A stretch of DNA of 64,000 nucleotides from Felis catus (lineage: Eukaryota): NCBI RefSeq assembly GCF_018350175.1, contig NC_058383.1:22198001-22262000 (forward strand), given 5' to 3'. Below, piece after piece: positions 38,226 to 50,989 of the stretch; within the stretch, counting starts at the first letter, position 1, and every line of letters begins with the position of its first letter. The translations under genes and the position numbers were made by a program. The notes below the pieces were generated by a model. It saw only the letters and a program-made list of their open reading frames with translations. It was not told the DNA's origin and did not search any database.

Positions 38226-38974
38226 ACATCACCCAGTCTCTGAAAACCTACATGGGTCAGACTCTTCCCCTTATTTAATCCATAACTACAGTCCTTTGTT
38301 CTGTAGCAGCAGTCTGCCTTAAACATATCACTTGCTCTCTTGTAGTGAACAAGCAAAAGCCATCTTCAGATGTCTTAGACATATTTCTCCCCAATATAGC
38401 ATCTTTCCATCTCAAAGTTGCCTCTGGCACATTTTAGGTAAAGTCGGCACATCACTTATCATGGTGTTAAAAAAAAAAAAAAAACCATGGTGAAGAAAAT
38501 ACTGAACTTTAAACTAAGAGATTTAAAAAAATGGCCAAACTGTTGAAGGCAGGTGGGATGCAATCAGGTGAGAAATGGGAGGCAGTCTTTGGATTAGGAG
38601 AGGCTTTTACATCTAGAAGAAGCCTAGCCACCACAAGGCTGACAGCCAAAATGTTTAGCAAGCAGTGTTACCCATCAGAATGGACACAGTCAAAACCCTG
38701 GAGTAGATGTGAAGGCTCCCCCTGGCCTAGACATTCACCTTTTCATTGTTGGATCACTTCCCAGGGGGGTGGGGTTCTGGAGAAGGAACCAAGAGGTCAA
38801 GGAACCAGAGGGCACTTGGGGTCTTGATGATTTGCAAACTGGTACAGAGGTATTTGATGTTTTGACAGCAGCCCTGGTCTAGATGACAGAGCATTGCATG
38901 ATTATCCTCCACTTTATGGTAAAAAATACTTATGGGACTGAATCATTTTAAGCAGTTTAAAAAAAAAGAGTTAA

Positions 38975-39165
38975 AGAAAGCAGATGGATGGTTGTCAGGG
39001 GCTGAGGGCAAGGAGGAACGGGGAATAACTGCTTCAATGGGGGAGGGGGTTTTATTTTGGAGTGATGGGAATGTTTTGCACAACACTGCAAATGTATTAA
39101 ATGCCACTGAATCATTCCCTCTGAAATGGTCGGGTTTATGTTATATGAATTTCACCTCAGTAAAT
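38975..39165 (+). mobile_element. L1MB-like 3' end fragment
   Basis: gaaagcagatggatggttgtcagggg...aatgccactgaat...tatgttatatgaatttcacctca. Confidence 0.7.
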
Positions 39166-39800
39166 AGGGTGGGAGAGAATCAAGCTCCGTCCAAAGCCCC
39201 GAAAAGATGAGCAAGCTGACCTTCATAATGATAATCACACCGTAGCTGAGACCGTGGAGCAGGGTCTGAAGATGTCTACGATCCCTCCAGAGTTTGGCCA
39301 CTCTGATCACTGGCTCCTTTCTGTCCCCACGATAACTTTCCAGCCTTCTCTGCCACTTCCCTCTGAGTATCCCAAACTCTAGTCACACTTGGCTGCTATT
39401 CCCTGAAAGTTCTGCTTCCTTAGGAGGAGACAGACAGGATCCTGTCTGCCAGTAGCTTCTCACAGGGTATGTGCAGAGTGGCCAAGCCGGGCAGATAATC
39501 ACTCTCTTTACGGGAACTCCGTTTACCCTAATCACAAGTAGGAGCCCTGGTGAGTTGGGCTGGACCAATTCTCAACTCTGGGGACATATCAGAATCAGCA
39601 GAAACGGGATGGGTTCCTTTTGCTTCCTTTCCTCTAATCCTGTTCATTTTCAGGGCAACTCGGAGAGAGAAGTCTCCATGCAGGAGACCCGTTCGGGCCC
39701 CTCTTACCGTGCAGGTCATATGGAGCACTGAGAGACCTGAAGGCAGAGTAGGCTTCAAAGAGAAACCCCCGGGAGAGAGTGCTTAAGGGTGTGTCATGAT

Positions 39801-40004
39801 GGGGCACCTGGGTGGCTCAGTCGGTTAACCGACCCGACTCTTGACCTCGGCTCAGGTCATGATTTCACGGTTCGTGAGTTTGAGCCCTGTGTGGGGCTCT
39901 GTGCTGACGGCGCAGAGCCTGCTTGGGATTCTCCCCACTTGCACTTGTGCGTGTGGGCTCTCTCTCTCTCTCTTTCTCGCTCTCAAAATAAATAAACTTT
40001 AAAA
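39801..40004 (+). mobile_element. Can-SINE
   Basis: TSD aagggtgtg(t/c)catgat. Confidence 0.93.
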
Positions 40005-41234
40005 AAGGGTGTGCCATGATGATGATGTCATTAAGCTCCTCCTCTTCTGTCTGGAAGCCCCACTTGCTCTGTAGCTAAGGCTCAAGAACCAAAAGCATCA
40101 TGCTAGTCCTTAGCCCTGACCATATCCTCACACCTGCCCTAGAGGGCAGATAATGTCAGCTCCCCCTAGAGGTCAGAATGCACACAACCCCTTACCAAGT
40201 GGGATCCATCCCTTGGTCTTTTGCTCAAAGCCAACTCATCTTTGAAGTCCCATCCCTAGTGCCGCCTCTTACCTGAAGCCTTCCCTGATTTCATCTAACC
40301 CTTCAATGGGATTCATTCCTTTTTTATGTTCAGTAGCACAGTACATGTTGGGGATGTGTTTACTTGCCTTATGTATTCTATTATATTTAACAAGCTCTTT
40401 AAGGGAAGGGACTAAGACTTTCCATTTGGGGAAGGAGCACTGCCCAGTGGCTAAGATCTTGGCCTCCGACAGACCTGGGTTTCAGTCAGAGTGATGCCAT
40501 TTTCTAGTTGTGTGACCAGGGAAAGTTACAGAAGATTAACTGCTACCTCACCAGGCTGAAGTGGTTTTAGGAGCTATAATGCATCTCTCCCATTAAGCAC
40601 CTGGGACTGGGCCATGTATTTCCTAGGTGCTCAATATATGCTTATTAAGTGTCATTAATTCACTGATTTCCTGTAAGGTTAAAAGGCTCGTGACAGCAGG
40701 ATCCCTTCCCATATTATGTTCCTAGTCCTAGCACACAGTGTCTAGCACACAGTAGGTGGTCAAAAAATGTGGAGGACTGAATTGATAAGTGGATAAATGA
40801 GATGTTCCCTCCTCTCCATGCCCTAAACCACCACAGAGCTCCAATACCTGCATGGGTGAATGGCCCTCCTTGGGTTTCTCAGAACACCTTGCACTGATGT
40901 CTGACACAGCACATCCAACATTCTATTGTGATTATCCACTCACTTGTCTTATGCACAGTGGTGACTCCATAGCCTAACCCAGTGTGAGGCACAGGTGGAA
41001 GGAAAGAATGAATGGCCAAGAATTCTGTCACCTTGGGAGTATCCCGAGGTCTCAAGCCCAGAAAGAATCTATAGGTTTTGTGATTTGGTTCATTCTGGCC
41101 AATGATGATGGTGATGACATTTACTGAGCATGTATTATGTGGCAGGTGCTGAACTACCAGCCCTCCAGTGCCCAAGCTTTACAACTGCTCTCTGGGAGGC
41201 AGGAATCCAGCCCGTTCAGAAAAGGCAGGGTCTT

Positions 41235-41444
41235 GGGGCACCTGGTGGCTCAGTTGGTTAAACATCTGACCCTTGGTTTCAGCTCAGGTCATGATTTCAC
41301 TGTTTGTGAGATCAAGCCCCACATCGGGCTCTGCACTGACAGGCGGAGCCTGCTTGGGATTCTCCCTTTCCCTTTCTCTCTGCCCTTCCTCCCCCCCCCA
41401 CCCCACTCAAAATAAATAAATAAACTTAAAAATAGTAATAAAAA
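41235..41444 (+). mobile_element. Can-SINE
   Basis: TSD agaaaagg(c/a)agggtctt. Confidence 0.93.
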
Positions 41445-41738
41445 AGAAAAGGAAGGGTCTTGACTCATTTAAGAACAGACTGTTCGGAGACCATCTGCTT
41501 CACTGCCCCAGGATCTGGGGACTGAGCTCTTCCTCGGCATAGCACCTCCTGCATTTTAAGTTCCCTTATCTGATCTAAAGCCTCTTTCTTCAGCAAATAA
41601 GTATCGTGGGGTGTGAGGGGCTCAGGCACAGAGCCAGAGTTCCTGGGTTTTAATATAAGCTCTGCTACTCAGCACAGTGTGCCCTAAATGCTCCCTAACT
41701 CCTCAGTGACTCAGTCTCCTTGTTTAAGAAATGGGCCT

Positions 41739-41940
41739 GGGGCGCCTGGGTGGCTCAGTCAGTTAAGCATCCAACTTTGGCTCAGGTCATGATCTCGCAG
41801 TTTGTGAGTTCAAGTCCTGCGTCTGGCTCTGTGCTGACAGCTCAGCCTGGCCTGCTTCAGATTCTGTGTCTCCCTCTCTCTCTGTCCCTCCCCTGCTCAT
41901 GCTCTTTCTCTCCCCAAAATAAATAAACATTAAAAAATAA

Positions 41941-41975
<35 letters not shown>

Positions 41976-41977
41976 AT
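41739..41977 (+). mobile_element. Can-SINE with (TAAA)n tail, inserted in a MIR
   Basis: TSD agaaatggg. Confidence 0.92.
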
Positions 41978-42042
41978 AGAAATGGGGCTAACGATAAGGA
42001 TATAATCTCATAAGGATATTGTAATAATTAAATGAATTAGCA

Positions 42043-42257
42043 GGGATGCCTCGGTGGTTCAGTCAGTTAAGTGCCCGACTTCAGCTCAGGTCATGATCTA
42101 GCGTTCGGGAGTTCAAGCCCCACCGGCAGGCTCTGTACTCACAGCTCAGAGCCTGGAGCCTGCTTTGGATTCTGTGTCTCCCTCTCTCTCTGCCCCTCCC
42201 CTGTTTGTTCTCTCTCTCTTTCTCTCTCTCTGTCAAAAATAAACATTAAAACAATTT
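42043..42257 (+). mobile_element. Can-SINE
   Basis: TSD about atgaatta(g/t)ca. Confidence 0.9.
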
Positions 42258-43343
42258 AAACATGAATTATCAGAATGTCTGGCACATGGTAAACATCCTG
42301 TTTGTGTTAGGTTGTTATTTTTGGCTATGATTATGTATTAATACTTCCATAATAAACTTAGTGACCTTGACCATGGTGTCTTCATTCCCCAGAGCTCTCA
42401 GGGTCCTCCCACCAGGACCCGGGAGAAATGGGCACTCTTCATTCTATCTCTGAAGCTCTCACCACCTCCTCTTTAAAAAAAAATTTTTTTAAACTTAATA
42501 CATATAAAACAGAATCCAAAGCAAATGTTGCCTTTCATCCTACCTGAACTTAAAATAGATGCTTTAATTTGTGCATTCACCTTTGGGTCTTTATCCACAT
42601 TAACATTCAATTTTTACCTAATCATAGAACCATAACTCTATTTCATATTTTACATTTTCACCTACCATCATCCCACGTGGGGCCATGATGGAGTAGCTCC
42701 TAGAAGCTCAACATTCCCACTGAGGACTATAAAAGAGCCAGATAAACAAACAAACTGACTGTCCAAAGAATTGGGATGTTGAAGGAACTAGAAATGAAAT
42801 GAGCCCCATATTTTATGTGGCACTCTCGCATTGGGGTGTAAGCCAATTCTCTGCACAGGGCAAGAGGCTGGGTGGGAAGCCAAGACGAGGACCGCTGCGG
42901 AGACACAGAGAAGTCCGGGCCAAGGGATGAGGGGTGAGAGCTGCAGAACTTGAGGGGCCAAGCGCCAGACAGAAGGAAAGAGCAAAGAAGCCAATCTGAC
43001 ACCAGGGACTGGTTTTCCCTCCAGGTTTTGCCAATGTAAATGCAAAGGCTGAGACACAAAAAAGCCATCCACTGAGAGTTTCTGACGGTATCATGCATGG
43101 TGCTGGAGAAACAAAAATTGCAGGTCAGGACCCAGTAAGGAAGAGCACCCTAGGAAGTGGTCAGCCTTATGGATGGAAACCTTTAGCTGGCTCCATATAA
43201 AGGGGGAACCAGCCCGAGGAGGAAGAGAACCTCACGCGCAGTTCTCTAATTTGGCAAAAAGTTGACTGGAATTCAAACAAAACTTGCAAGCATACCAAGA
43301 AACAGGACTAAAATAAAAAAACAGATGGAAGTACGGATCAACA

Positions 43344-43570
43344 GGGGACCCAGGTGGCTGGGTGGCTGTCGGCTGAACGTCCGACTTCAGCTCAGGTCAT
43401 GATCTCACAGTTCATGGGTTTGAGCCCCATGTCGGGCAGGCTCTGTGCTGACAGCGTGGAGCCTGGAGCCTGCTTCAGATTCTATGTCTCCCTCTCTCTC
43501 TGCCCCTGCCCCGCTCATGCTCTGTCTCTCTCAAAAATGAATAAATGCTAAAAAAAATTTGTAACTAAAA
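43344..43570 (+). mobile_element. Can-SINE
   Basis: Full felid SINE body and tail. Confidence 0.9.
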
Positions 43571-43694
43571 AATAAAGTAACCTCCATTAAGATTTTTTTT
43601 AAATGTGGGTGGGGGGATAACAATATGGGAAATTTCACCAGAGAACTATAACCCATAAAAAGGTAAACTTTAGAATGAAAAATACAGTAATTCC

Positions 43695-44097
43695 CAAGTT
43701 GAGGGATATTCTACAACAGTACCCTTCAAAACCAAAAAGATTACAAAAAGAAAAGAAAAAAAAGAAAGAAAAAGAAAAAAAAAAAGACAAATTGTCATGA
43801 ACCAGAGGAGTCTAAGGAGACATGACAACTAAATGTGATTTGGTATCTTGGGTGGGATCTGGGAACACATAAAGGATATTAAGAAAAAAACCAGGGACAC
43901 CTGAATAAAAGCTGGAGTTTAGTTAGTAGTAATGTACGAATTAGCATTAATTTCTTAGTTTTGACAAATGTACCATGATAATGTAAGATGTTAACAACAG
44001 CGGAAACTAGGTGAGGGGTATAAGGAAGCTCTGTACTATCTTTGCAACTTTTCTGTAAGCCTGAAAGTTTTCTAAAATGAAAAGTTTATTTAAAAAA
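43695..44097 (+). mobile_element. L1MC-like 3' end nested in the older L1
   Basis: tttgacaaatgtaccatgataatgtaagatgttaac...ctgtactatctttgcaacttttctgtaa. Confidence 0.7.
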
Positions 44098-44597
44098 TGC
44101 AATACCTAAAATTAAGAGCTCAATATAAGGGGTAAGCAGCAGATTAGAAGCCGTAGGAGGGCATATTAGTGACTTGGAAAACAGCTCACTGAGAACCATC
44201 AGACTAAACAGAAAGCATAAAGGATGTTAATACTGAAGACAGTGTCAGAGGCAAAAGGACACAGAGGTCTAACATATGTGTAACCAAAACCACAGATGAA
44301 AAGAAGAGAAAGAATGGGGCTGAGAATGGCCAAACATTTTTCAGTACTGATGAAACACAACAAGCTCAAAATCCAAGAAGCATACGAACATCCAACAAGA
44401 TAAACCCACAAATGTGTGCATACATGCCCTCCTCCCTAGGAACAGCATGGTCGAGTTGTTGAAAATCGAAAATAAAGAGAAAATTTTAAAGTAGCTAGAT
44501 GGGGGGAAAAGACATTATCTTCAAGGAGCAACAAGAAGAATAAGAAAAATGGTGAAAAAGAAGAACAATGAGATAATGTCTTGAAAATAATGAATGA

Positions 44598-44880
44598 GGG
44601 GCACCTGAGTGGCTTAGTCGGTTGAGTGTCTCTCAGTTTCAGCTCAAGTCATGATCTCTATCTCTCAAAAATGAATAAACATTAAAAAAAATTTTTTTAA
44701 ATAAAAAAATAAGGTAACCTCAATTAAGATTCATGGATTCAGTTCGTGGGTTCAAGCCCCACATCAGGCTCTGTGCTGGCAGCACTGATAGAGCAGAGTA
44801 TATCTCTCTCCCCCTCTCTCTGCCCCTCCCCCACTCTTGCTCTCTATCTCAAAATAAATAAACATTAAAAAAAAATAAAA
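44598..44880 (+). mobile_element. Can-SINE interrupted by an approximately 80-bp locally copied segment
   Basis: Head ends at catgatctc and resumes at cagttcgtgggttcaagcccc after foreign sequence. Confidence 0.85.
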
Positions 44881-44900
44881 TGCTGAACAAAAATAACTCC

Positions 44901-46450
44901 CACAATCCCTATCAAAGTAACACCAGCATTCTTCACAAAGCTAGAACAAATAATCCTCAAATTTGCGTGGAACCAGAAAAGACCCCAAATAGCCAACGTG
45001 ATCTTGAAAAAGAAAACCAAAGCAGGAGCCATCACAATCCCGGACTTCAAGCTGTACTACAAAGCTGTAATCATCAAGACAGTATGGTACTGGCACAAAA
45101 ACGGACACTCAGATCAATGGAATAGAATAGAGAACCCAGAAATGGACCCATAAACAGATGGCCAACTAATCTTTGACAAAGCAGGAAAGAATATCCAATG
45201 GAATAAAGACAGTCTCTTCAGCACATGGTGCTTGGAAAACACTTTCTTACACCATACACAAAACTGAACTCAAAATGCATGAAAAACATAAACATAAGGC
45301 AGGAAGCCATCAAAATCCTAGAGGAGAAAGCAGGCAAAAACTTCTTTGACCTCAGTCCCAGCAACTTCTTACTCAATATGTCTCCAGAGGCAAAGGAAAC
45401 GAAAGAAAAAAGGAACTACTACTGGGGCCTCATCAAAATAAAAAGCTTCTGCACAGCGAAGGAAACAATCAGCAAAACTAAAAGGCAACCAACAGAATGG
45501 GAGAAGATATTTGCAAATAACATATCAGATAAATGGTTAGTCTCCAAAATCTATAAATAACTTATCAAACTCAACACCCAAAAAACAAATAATCTAGTGA
45601 GAAAATGGGCAAAAGACATGAATAGACACTTCTCCAAAGAAGACATCCAGATGCCCAACCGACACATGAAAAAAATGCTCAACATCACACATCATCAGGG
45701 AAATACAAATCAAAACCACAATGAGATACCACCCCACACCTGTCAGAATGGCTAACATTAACAACTCAGGCAAGGATGCAGAGAAAGAGGATCTTTTTTG
45801 CACTGCTGGTGGGAATGCAAACTGGTGCAGCCACTCTGGAGAACAGTATGGAGGTTCCTCAAAAAATTGAAAATAGAACTACCCTATGACCCAGCAATTG
45901 CACCACTAGGTATTTACCCAAGGGATACAGGTGTGTTGTTTCGAAGGGACACATGCACCCCCATGTTTATGGCAGCACTATCAACAATAGCCAAATTATG
46001 CAAAGAGCCCAAATGTCAATCGACAGATGAATGGATAAAGAAGATGTGGTATATATATGCAATGGAGTATCACTCGGCAATCAAAAAGAATGAAATCTTG
46101 CCATTTGCAACTATGTGGATGGAGCTGGAGGGTATTATGCTAAGCGAAAATAGTCAGAGAAAGACAAATATCATATGACTTCACTCGTATGATGACTTTA
46201 AGATACTAAACAGATGAACATAAATAAGGGAAGGGAAGCAAAAAGAATATAAAAACAGGAAGAGGGACAAAACATAAGAGACTCTTAAATATAGAGGACA
46301 AACAGAGGGGTTGCTGGAGGGCTTATGGGAGGGGGGATGGGCTAAATACGTAAGGGGCATTAAGGAATCTACTCCTGAAACTATTGTTGCACTGTATGCT
46401 AACTAACTTGTATGTAAATTAAACAATAAGCAAATTAAAAATAAATAAAA
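44901..46450 (+). mobile_element. 5'-truncated felid L1 (about 1.55 kb, disrupted ORF2 plus 3' UTR)
   Basis: ORFs 45225 and 45798 give ORF2 peptides ([43 protein letters not shown]); degenerate flanking duplication aaaat(a)gctgaa...aact. Confidence 0.95.
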
Positions 46451-46579
46451 TAAAATAGCTGAAAAAAAAAGAACTTCCAATTTTGAATTCTATACCCAGC
46501 AAAAATATTCTCCAGATGTGAATGTAAAAAAGGTATCTTTTGATTCATTTCCAGCTGTCCTAAACTAAATGCTAAAGGC

Positions 46580-46795
46580 TTTTTTTTTTTTTTTAACATT
46601 TATTCATTTTTGAGAGACAGGGAAACAGACTGCAAGCAGGGGAGGGGCAGAGAGAGGGAGACACAGAATCCGAAGCAGGTTCCAGGCCCCAAGCTATTAG
46701 CACAGAGCCTGATGTGGGCCACGAACCCATGAACCCTGAGATCATGACCTGAGCCAAAGTTGGACACTCAGCCAACTGAGCCACCCAGGTGCCCC
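46580..46795 (-). mobile_element. Can-SINE
   Basis: Poly-T then reverse-complement body ending ccacccaggtgcccc. Confidence 0.93.
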
Positions 46796-49484
46796 TAAGG
46801 GGGTTCTTTAGATAGAAAGATAATAATTGCAGAGGAAAATGTGACTGTGTAAGAAAGAATGAAAAACTAGAAAGGATAAATATATTAGTAAGTCTAAACG
46901 AATGCTGATTACAGGCAATAATAATAATAATGTATAGTTGAAATGACATGTGAAGTTAAAGTACATAGGGTTGGATGTGTAAACGGAGCTAAAATGTTTA
47001 CACACCTAGGGTTATTTGGTTGGTAATATAATGGCTCTAAAAGTCAAGGATGCTTGTTGAAATCCCTGGAGACAACATAAAACTGTAATAATATATAACT
47101 AACCAGTTAACAGGAAGGAGAAATGAAATGAACATACTTGAGTAATCCAGAAGAAGGCAAGGCAAAACCAAAGAGAAACAGGAACAGAAAATGGGGGACA
47201 AATAGAAAATAAATAGGAAGATCACAGATATATATAAATGGTCCAAATGCTCACATTAAAAATCAAATAACACTGAATTAAGGTTGTGTCATATATATAC
47301 ATGATACATATCTCCTTTTTCCTTTCCCTTGTCATCACTCACTTTTCAACCACTTTTATTTTGCATAAATATATATACATATATAAGAAACAGTATACAA
47401 TAACCAAAAGAAAACTTGTATCTTTATAGGAGGCACAGAGGCTTTAAGGCAAGAAGCATTACTTGAGATAAAGAGATACATTTTAAAAAGGTAAAAACAT
47501 CAATCCAGCAAGGAGATATAACAACTATAATTTATAATAGTAACACTGCTTCAAAATATATAAAGCCAAAGTTGAGAAAACTGAATTGGAGAAAATCCAC
47601 AATCATAATAGGGAGACTTGAACACTGTTCTTTTAGTAACAGAACAAGCTAGCAAAATAAAAATCAACAAAGATATAAAGGACGCGAATAACACAGTGGA
47701 CAAATTTAACCCAATTTACACATATTAATGTAGTGTGCAACAACCAGGAAATATATATTCTTTACGAGTGCAGGTGAACTATTTACCCAAATGTCAAAGG
47801 AATGAAGTGAGGCATGTTCTCTGACTACGCAGAAACAAAGTAGAAATTCATAGCAAAAAGACAACAAGAACATCTACAAATGTTTGGAAACTAAACACAG
47901 AAATACCTATCCTTCTATGTCCTTCCAAGAATCCTGAGACTATCCTTGTTTTTAATTCTTTCTTACATAGTCACATTTTCCTCTGCAATTATTACCTTTC
48001 TATCTAAAGAGCCCCTTTAGCATTTAGTTTAGGCCACCTGGAAATAAATAACCCACAGGAAAGGAAAACATGGAAATTCAGAATTTTCAAAATGTGGGAG
48101 AGTCCACTAAAGTTGTGTTTAAAAGAAAAAGTGTTCATCTGACAAATTATAATCTAAGCATTTATCTCAAAAAAAAAAAAAAGATTAGAAAAAGACCAGC
48201 AAATTAAATCCATGTGTACTTTCTCATTTTGCTGGGTTTTCCCCCAAGTTCCCCTCCTCCATCCTCTGCCACCTTCCTTTCTCTGGCTCCCCGACTCCCA
48301 GCTAACCAGCCAAGTGGCAACCAGGGCTCTACCCTTCCACACCTGTCCCCTGCTGAGACTACCACCTGGAAACAAATGGATCAAGAGGGTTATTCTCTGA
48401 AAATGGAATCACGCTGTACACGTTGCTCAGCAAAATGCTGTTCCTACTTAACAAGACATCTTGCCGATTTCTCCGCATGTCAGTTTGGAACTACCTCATT
48501 CTTTTCAAACTGCCTGTTACACCAGCACACAGACAGACCACAAACTATTCAGCCATTCGTTCTCCCATCAACAGGCATTCAGGAGGTGATTAGCCAGAAA
48601 TATCCTTCTACCTCCTTCCCAGAGTCCTGAGAATCCCTGAACGGAGCCTAGACGATGAGAATTCTCACGCTCTAGCGCCCAGGTTCTTCCTGCTACGACA
48701 GCATTTTTGTAGGCCACGCGCTCCCTTCTGTGGGCATGCCCAGCATGATGCTCGTTTCCCAGACTGCACGCTGTGAACTCCGTTTCTTTCTCCCCTTACA
48801 AGGAAAATGAGGAAAGTATACCCTTGTATGCCCAAGCAGGAAGCAGAATCCAGTTCGGATGGTTCGAGAGATTTTCATCAAAGGACTGTCACAAATGTGA
48901 GGGTTGAAGGGGTCAACAATGGATGGTGAGGCACTGGGGACCAGCAACTATGAACACCCCCCACCCTCCACCCCAGGCCAGTGAGCCTGGACCTGGGGAG
49001 AAGTACTGACACCTGAGCCCTACACAGTCCTACAATTGCTTCCCAGTCCTCGACCAGAGGCTAGAGGGCAAGAGGACCTGGGCGATGCTGGGGTCGGCCT
49101 CCCCAGGCACAGAGAAGAGCAGAGAGTGGAGGGGGACTGCAGGAGGAGGCCAGCAAAGAACCACCAGCAGGACCGGCCAACGTGAGTAGTAATAGATAAA
49201 AGAATAGCAGCATTTCAAGGCTGAGTGAAGGGCCCACCATGTTGATACTCCCCACAGGAGGAAGCTGTCTTCCTGGATGACAGCTTCCAGAAATGGTCGA
49301 GGGAATGAAGGAAGGGGGGATAAAATGTGGCAGCAGAGGGTGACCTCACCTATGGCGGAGCAGTTACACAGAAGGTTCTTGGCTTGCTGTGTGACCTCAG
49401 GTCAGTTGTTCACCCTCTCTGATTCTCAGCTTATTAGCTATAAAATAAGACTGCTTGGGATATTCCCTGCCCACATACTCCTCT

Positions 49485-49918
49485 CTGTGGTTGAGAAAAT
49501 GAAATGCCAGTGAAAGTCTATTTCTCCGTTCTCTGAATGTGGGCTTGGTCATGCAACTTGCTTTAGCTGCTGGGACGTTAGCCAATGTGGTGCAGAGTCC
49601 TAAGAAGCGTATGTGGTGGCATGAATTGAATTGCTCCCAGTTAGTGCTCTTGAGACTCCTAAGTCAATAACCGTGAGAACAAGTTAAGGCTAGCCGGCCC
49701 CATCGTGGGAAACACACGTCCACGCCGTGCCTGTCACTCCAGCTTAAGCTGTGCCAACCACCAAACATGACAGTGAGGCCATCCTAGATTCAACCCCAGG
49801 CAAGCCGACTCAGGTCGGAAGAACTTCCCAGCACACCCACAAAATTGACAGAAAATTTGTTGTTCTAAGCCCACTACATTTGGAGTGATTGGCTACACAG
49901 TAAAGTTTACTGATACAA
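49485..49918 (+). mobile_element. MaLR LTR (MLT1F/G/H-like)
   Basis: gtgaggccatcctaga...ttgttgttctaagcccactacattttggagtgattggctacacag...actgataca. Confidence 0.65.
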
Positions 49919-50722
49919 GATAGCAACAGAATGGGTGGGGGGTTAGGGTTCCAGAGGTGCAAATCTTGTGGGGCAATGCTCCAGAGGATACACCGCTCCC
50001 CGGTCCCATAAGGATGCCAGGGTGAGCTCTCTCCACAGTATGGTTGTTGTCCAAGTCTAGTGAGCCTCAAGTTTTTTTGTTTTTTTGTTTTTTTAAAGGA
50101 GGAAAAAAAAAAGATACAATCTAAATGTTTAGATTGCTTTGCTCCTCCAGACTTCCTCTTTTTTCCTTTCCTTTTTTAACAAATTGCCCACTGTAAACAG
50201 TTCTTTTCTTTTTTCCCCTCCCGGGAAGTTATTTATTTTTATGGGCTTCTTTCGGGAAATAAAAATCAATTTTGGAATGCAAGTGATACATTTTACTCTT
50301 CCAATAAATGAAAGCTAGAAAATTAAAGGCCCCGAGGAACAACCCCTCTGTACTAAAATGATGTAGAATGCAGCCCAAATGTTCTTATGTGAACGTTTTA
50401 TAAATCGTGACTGCTGCTTGCTGATGGAAACTTGGAAATCACTCATAGAAGACACAGAACCACAGCTAGGAACGGCTTAAGGCCGGGCAGGCCCGCGCAG
50501 ACTCACACATCCACAAAAAGGCACTTCTCAGTAACCTGTTCCTGTAACTCACCATTCTAGAAAATTGTACGTATCAGGGCACACTTCCTATATGTGTGTC
50601 TGGGAAACCTGCTCATTCATTTATTCAGTATATAATTAATGAGTATCTACTACGTGTCTAGACCTGGTGTCTGAACAATGAACAGGACAGACATAGATGG
50701 TGCCTTCAAAGAGCTTACAGTT

Positions 50723-50946
50723 GGGGCGCCTAGGTGGCTGAGTCAATTAAGTGTCTGACTTCAGCTCCAGTCAGGACCTCAAGGTTCCTGAGTTCGAGGC
50801 CCGCGAGGGGCTCTGTGCTGACAGCTCAGAGCCCGGAGCCTGCTTCAGATTCTGTGTCTCCCTCTCTCTCTGCCCTTCCCCCACTCACACTCTGTCTCTC
50901 TCTGTGCCTCAAAAATAAATAAACATTAAAATAAACCAACAAAAGT
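50723..50946 (+). mobile_element. Can-SINE
   Basis: TSD agcttacagtt. Confidence 0.92.
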
Positions 50947-50989
50947 AGCTTACAGTTTAGGGAAAAGACACAGACATTAATACACAAGA

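Larger units (their letters stand above)
42680..48210 (+). mobile_element. Old L1M 5' half (5' UTR, ORF1, endonuclease remnant) split by nested insertions
   Basis: ORF1-like agcagattagaa...attagtgacttggaa, gaattctatacccagcaaaaatattc (ILYPAK-like) and endonuclease-like acaatcataatagggagacttgaac (IVGDFN-like). Confidence 0.72.

Noticed and set aside
30186..46178. L1 ORF2-like ORFs as an active retroelement or new gene
   Set aside because: 5'-truncated, frameshifted, and lacking the RT core and an intact ORF1; dead copies.
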